DNA from: Saccostrea cucullata
Taxonomy: Eukaryota
Assembly (NCBI RefSeq): GCF_032062105.1
Contig: NW_026934507.1
Location: forward strand, 434,001-498,000
Direction: 5' to 3'
Length of the DNA: 64,000 nucleotides
The notes beneath the pieces are model-generated. The model searched no databases. It saw only the letters and a list, made by a program, of their open reading frames with translations, and was not told the DNA's origin. The position numbers and the translations under genes were made by a program. Positions 62,355-64,000 of the stretch are shown here, one piece after another. Each line of letters begins with the position of its first letter. The first letter of the stretch is position 1.

Positions 62355-62750
62355 ACGGAGACGTAATATGGAAACGGAGACGTAATACGGAAAATTTCAG
62401 GGCGTCATGTGATTAGCTTTAATCCAATCAGTAATCGACAAATTTGTCTGAAGCGGGATAAAAATAAATATTTGTGCATATTATGAAAATATTAAGTTTT
62501 AATCCAATAACAATCAACATAAAATATCGTTACGGTAACAAGAAATTTAACTAAACTACCTACGTAAACCGTTTCATAGCCGCCATTTTTCATTTACAAT
62601 AACAACGCTTCGAACGGAATCGCGTGCCCGATTTTCATATTACGCCTCGACGGAGACGTAATACGGAAAATTTCAGGGCGTCATGTGATTAGCTTTTATC
62701 CAATCAGCAATCTACAAATTTGTCTGAAGCGGGATAATGAAATATATTTG
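62355..62750. mobile_element. TIR-bearing repeat (~295 bp) followed by a tandem truncated copy
   Basis: ~100-bp direct repeat at 62374 and 62650; GGAGACGTAATATGGAAA inverted as TTTTCATATTACGCCTC at about 62632-62648. Confidence 0.7.
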
Positions 62751-62982
62751 ACTTAGCACCGAATTACATATTGATACTAAAATCTGATTCTTTCATGGAG
62801 CAATTGACATTGGGTAAAACTTGCTTGCTTTCAAAGTTAATCGACACAAAAATATTGATACCGGTATATTTCAATAACTACATTTTGCTTGCAACACGTC
62901 ATTTGATTGGATTAAAAAATTAGATATATATTATGTATCATGATTTGCCTTCCTTAACATATAATTATGTCAAAAAATATTA

Positions 62983-63362
62983 CATTGGCGTCGGAAGCAA
63001 ATTAAAAGTGGAAGGGGGTGGCTAAGTGAAAGAAAAATTTTTTTAGACCTCCAAGAAAACCTGACAAGCAGAAAAAAAGGAAATGTCCATTGTCCAAACA
63101 CGAAAATCCTATATCGTAGGGGGGGGGGGGGATAGGTTCGAACTTCAGTGCCGAAATTTTTTCCAAATAGCACCACTTTCCCAATTTTAAACCTATACTG
63201 CAACGTGTCTGTGGAAAGTGTGTGTGTGGGAGGGGGGGGGGGCTAAACCTACGCAGCAATGTTCAATGTCTATACTAAGACTATCTTTGGAAAAAAACTG
63301 GTGGGCTAAGCCCCCCTAGCCCCCCCCCCCTCCCCCCCCCCCCCCCGATTCCGACGCCTATG
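62983..63362. mobile_element. G/C-run-rich MITE (380 bp)
   Basis: 14-bp TIR CATTGGCGTCGGAA/TTCCGACGCCTATG with 1 mismatch; TATTA on both flanks; superfamily not determinable. Confidence 0.8.
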
Positions 63363-63490
63363 TATTACTACGCTTGACTTTACTTGTAAAATATTTTCTA
63401 TTTGAAAACGATATTGGAAGGCAAATTTGTGGTATTGTAGGGCACCAAATTATCAAGCAACGCAATGTTGAGCCGGATACGACTCCTGTA

Positions 63491-64000
63491 AGAGGGTTGT
63501 CCAAAAAGTTCGTGGAGAATTACTTTTTTGTGAAAATTAATGGTTCAATATAATTCTTTTGTATTTCTAAGTATTTCTTATGAAAAAAACATGTCAGAAT
63601 GATTTAATTTTTACTGATGGAAAGTAATATTTTTGTAAAAATTGGGACCTTTAAAGGTCGCAGATAGTGCGCACGGACCAAGATTAAAATGCCATAAACT
63701 CTGAAATAAAGTGTTCAGATTAAAATGATTATTTTCTATTTAAAACAAGTCAAAAATTAATAATATTTTATGTAACACAAATAATCATTTTATGATATCT
63801 TAAGTATCGCTTACTACGAGGGGTTATCAAAAAGTTCGTGGACTAAGACTATAAAATTAGTACTATGTAGTCTGTGCTTTCAAAATTTATATTGAACATA
63901 AAACAACAAAAAATAAAGAAATATTGAAAATTTTAGCCTGATACGTTCATCATTTGCCAAATTATTATAAAATGAAAACGACATTGTATGATCACCCGGC
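63491..64000. mobile_element. Mariner-like termini; element runs off the window
   Basis: TA+(C/A)GAGGG(G)TT(G/A)TC(C/A)AAAAAGTTCGTGGA occurs twice in the same orientation (63491, 63817). Confidence 0.6.

Overview
AT-rich, intron-containing animal genomic DNA. The repeat families and the small EGF-gene type point to a bivalve, probably an oyster (inference). The main feature is a complete 13-exon Notum gene (secreted Wnt palmitoleoyl-deacylase) on the + strand: CDS 38065-50741, 1743 nt, 580 aa when spliced by hand, all introns GT-AG and in phase, catalytic Ser-Asp-His intact. This Notum has a separate exon encoding an extreme Lys/Arg-rich insert. It also has a dense set of TCF/LEF (+Helper) sites in the promoter, introns and a distal cluster about 16 kb upstream, plus a 10-nt miR-315 match in the 3' UTR. 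Downstream is a small single-pass EGF-like (MEGF10/CED-1-like) membrane-protein gene (56142/57343-61920) with two alternative signal-peptide first exons. The first ~2.4 kb looks like the 3' UTR of a gene outside the window. The ~35 kb upstream of Notum has no recognisable gene. It and the 3' flank hold about 15 decayed Penelope-like (Naiad-type) RT fragments sharing a conserved, foldable ~90-nt 3' element. Also present are Harbinger, Kolobok and Tc1/mariner non-autonomous DNA elements, a pearl/CvA-type satellite-bearing element, microsatellites and several hairpins. Nearly all ORFs in the supplied track are spurious. Coordinates were read by hand and repeat boundaries are approximate.
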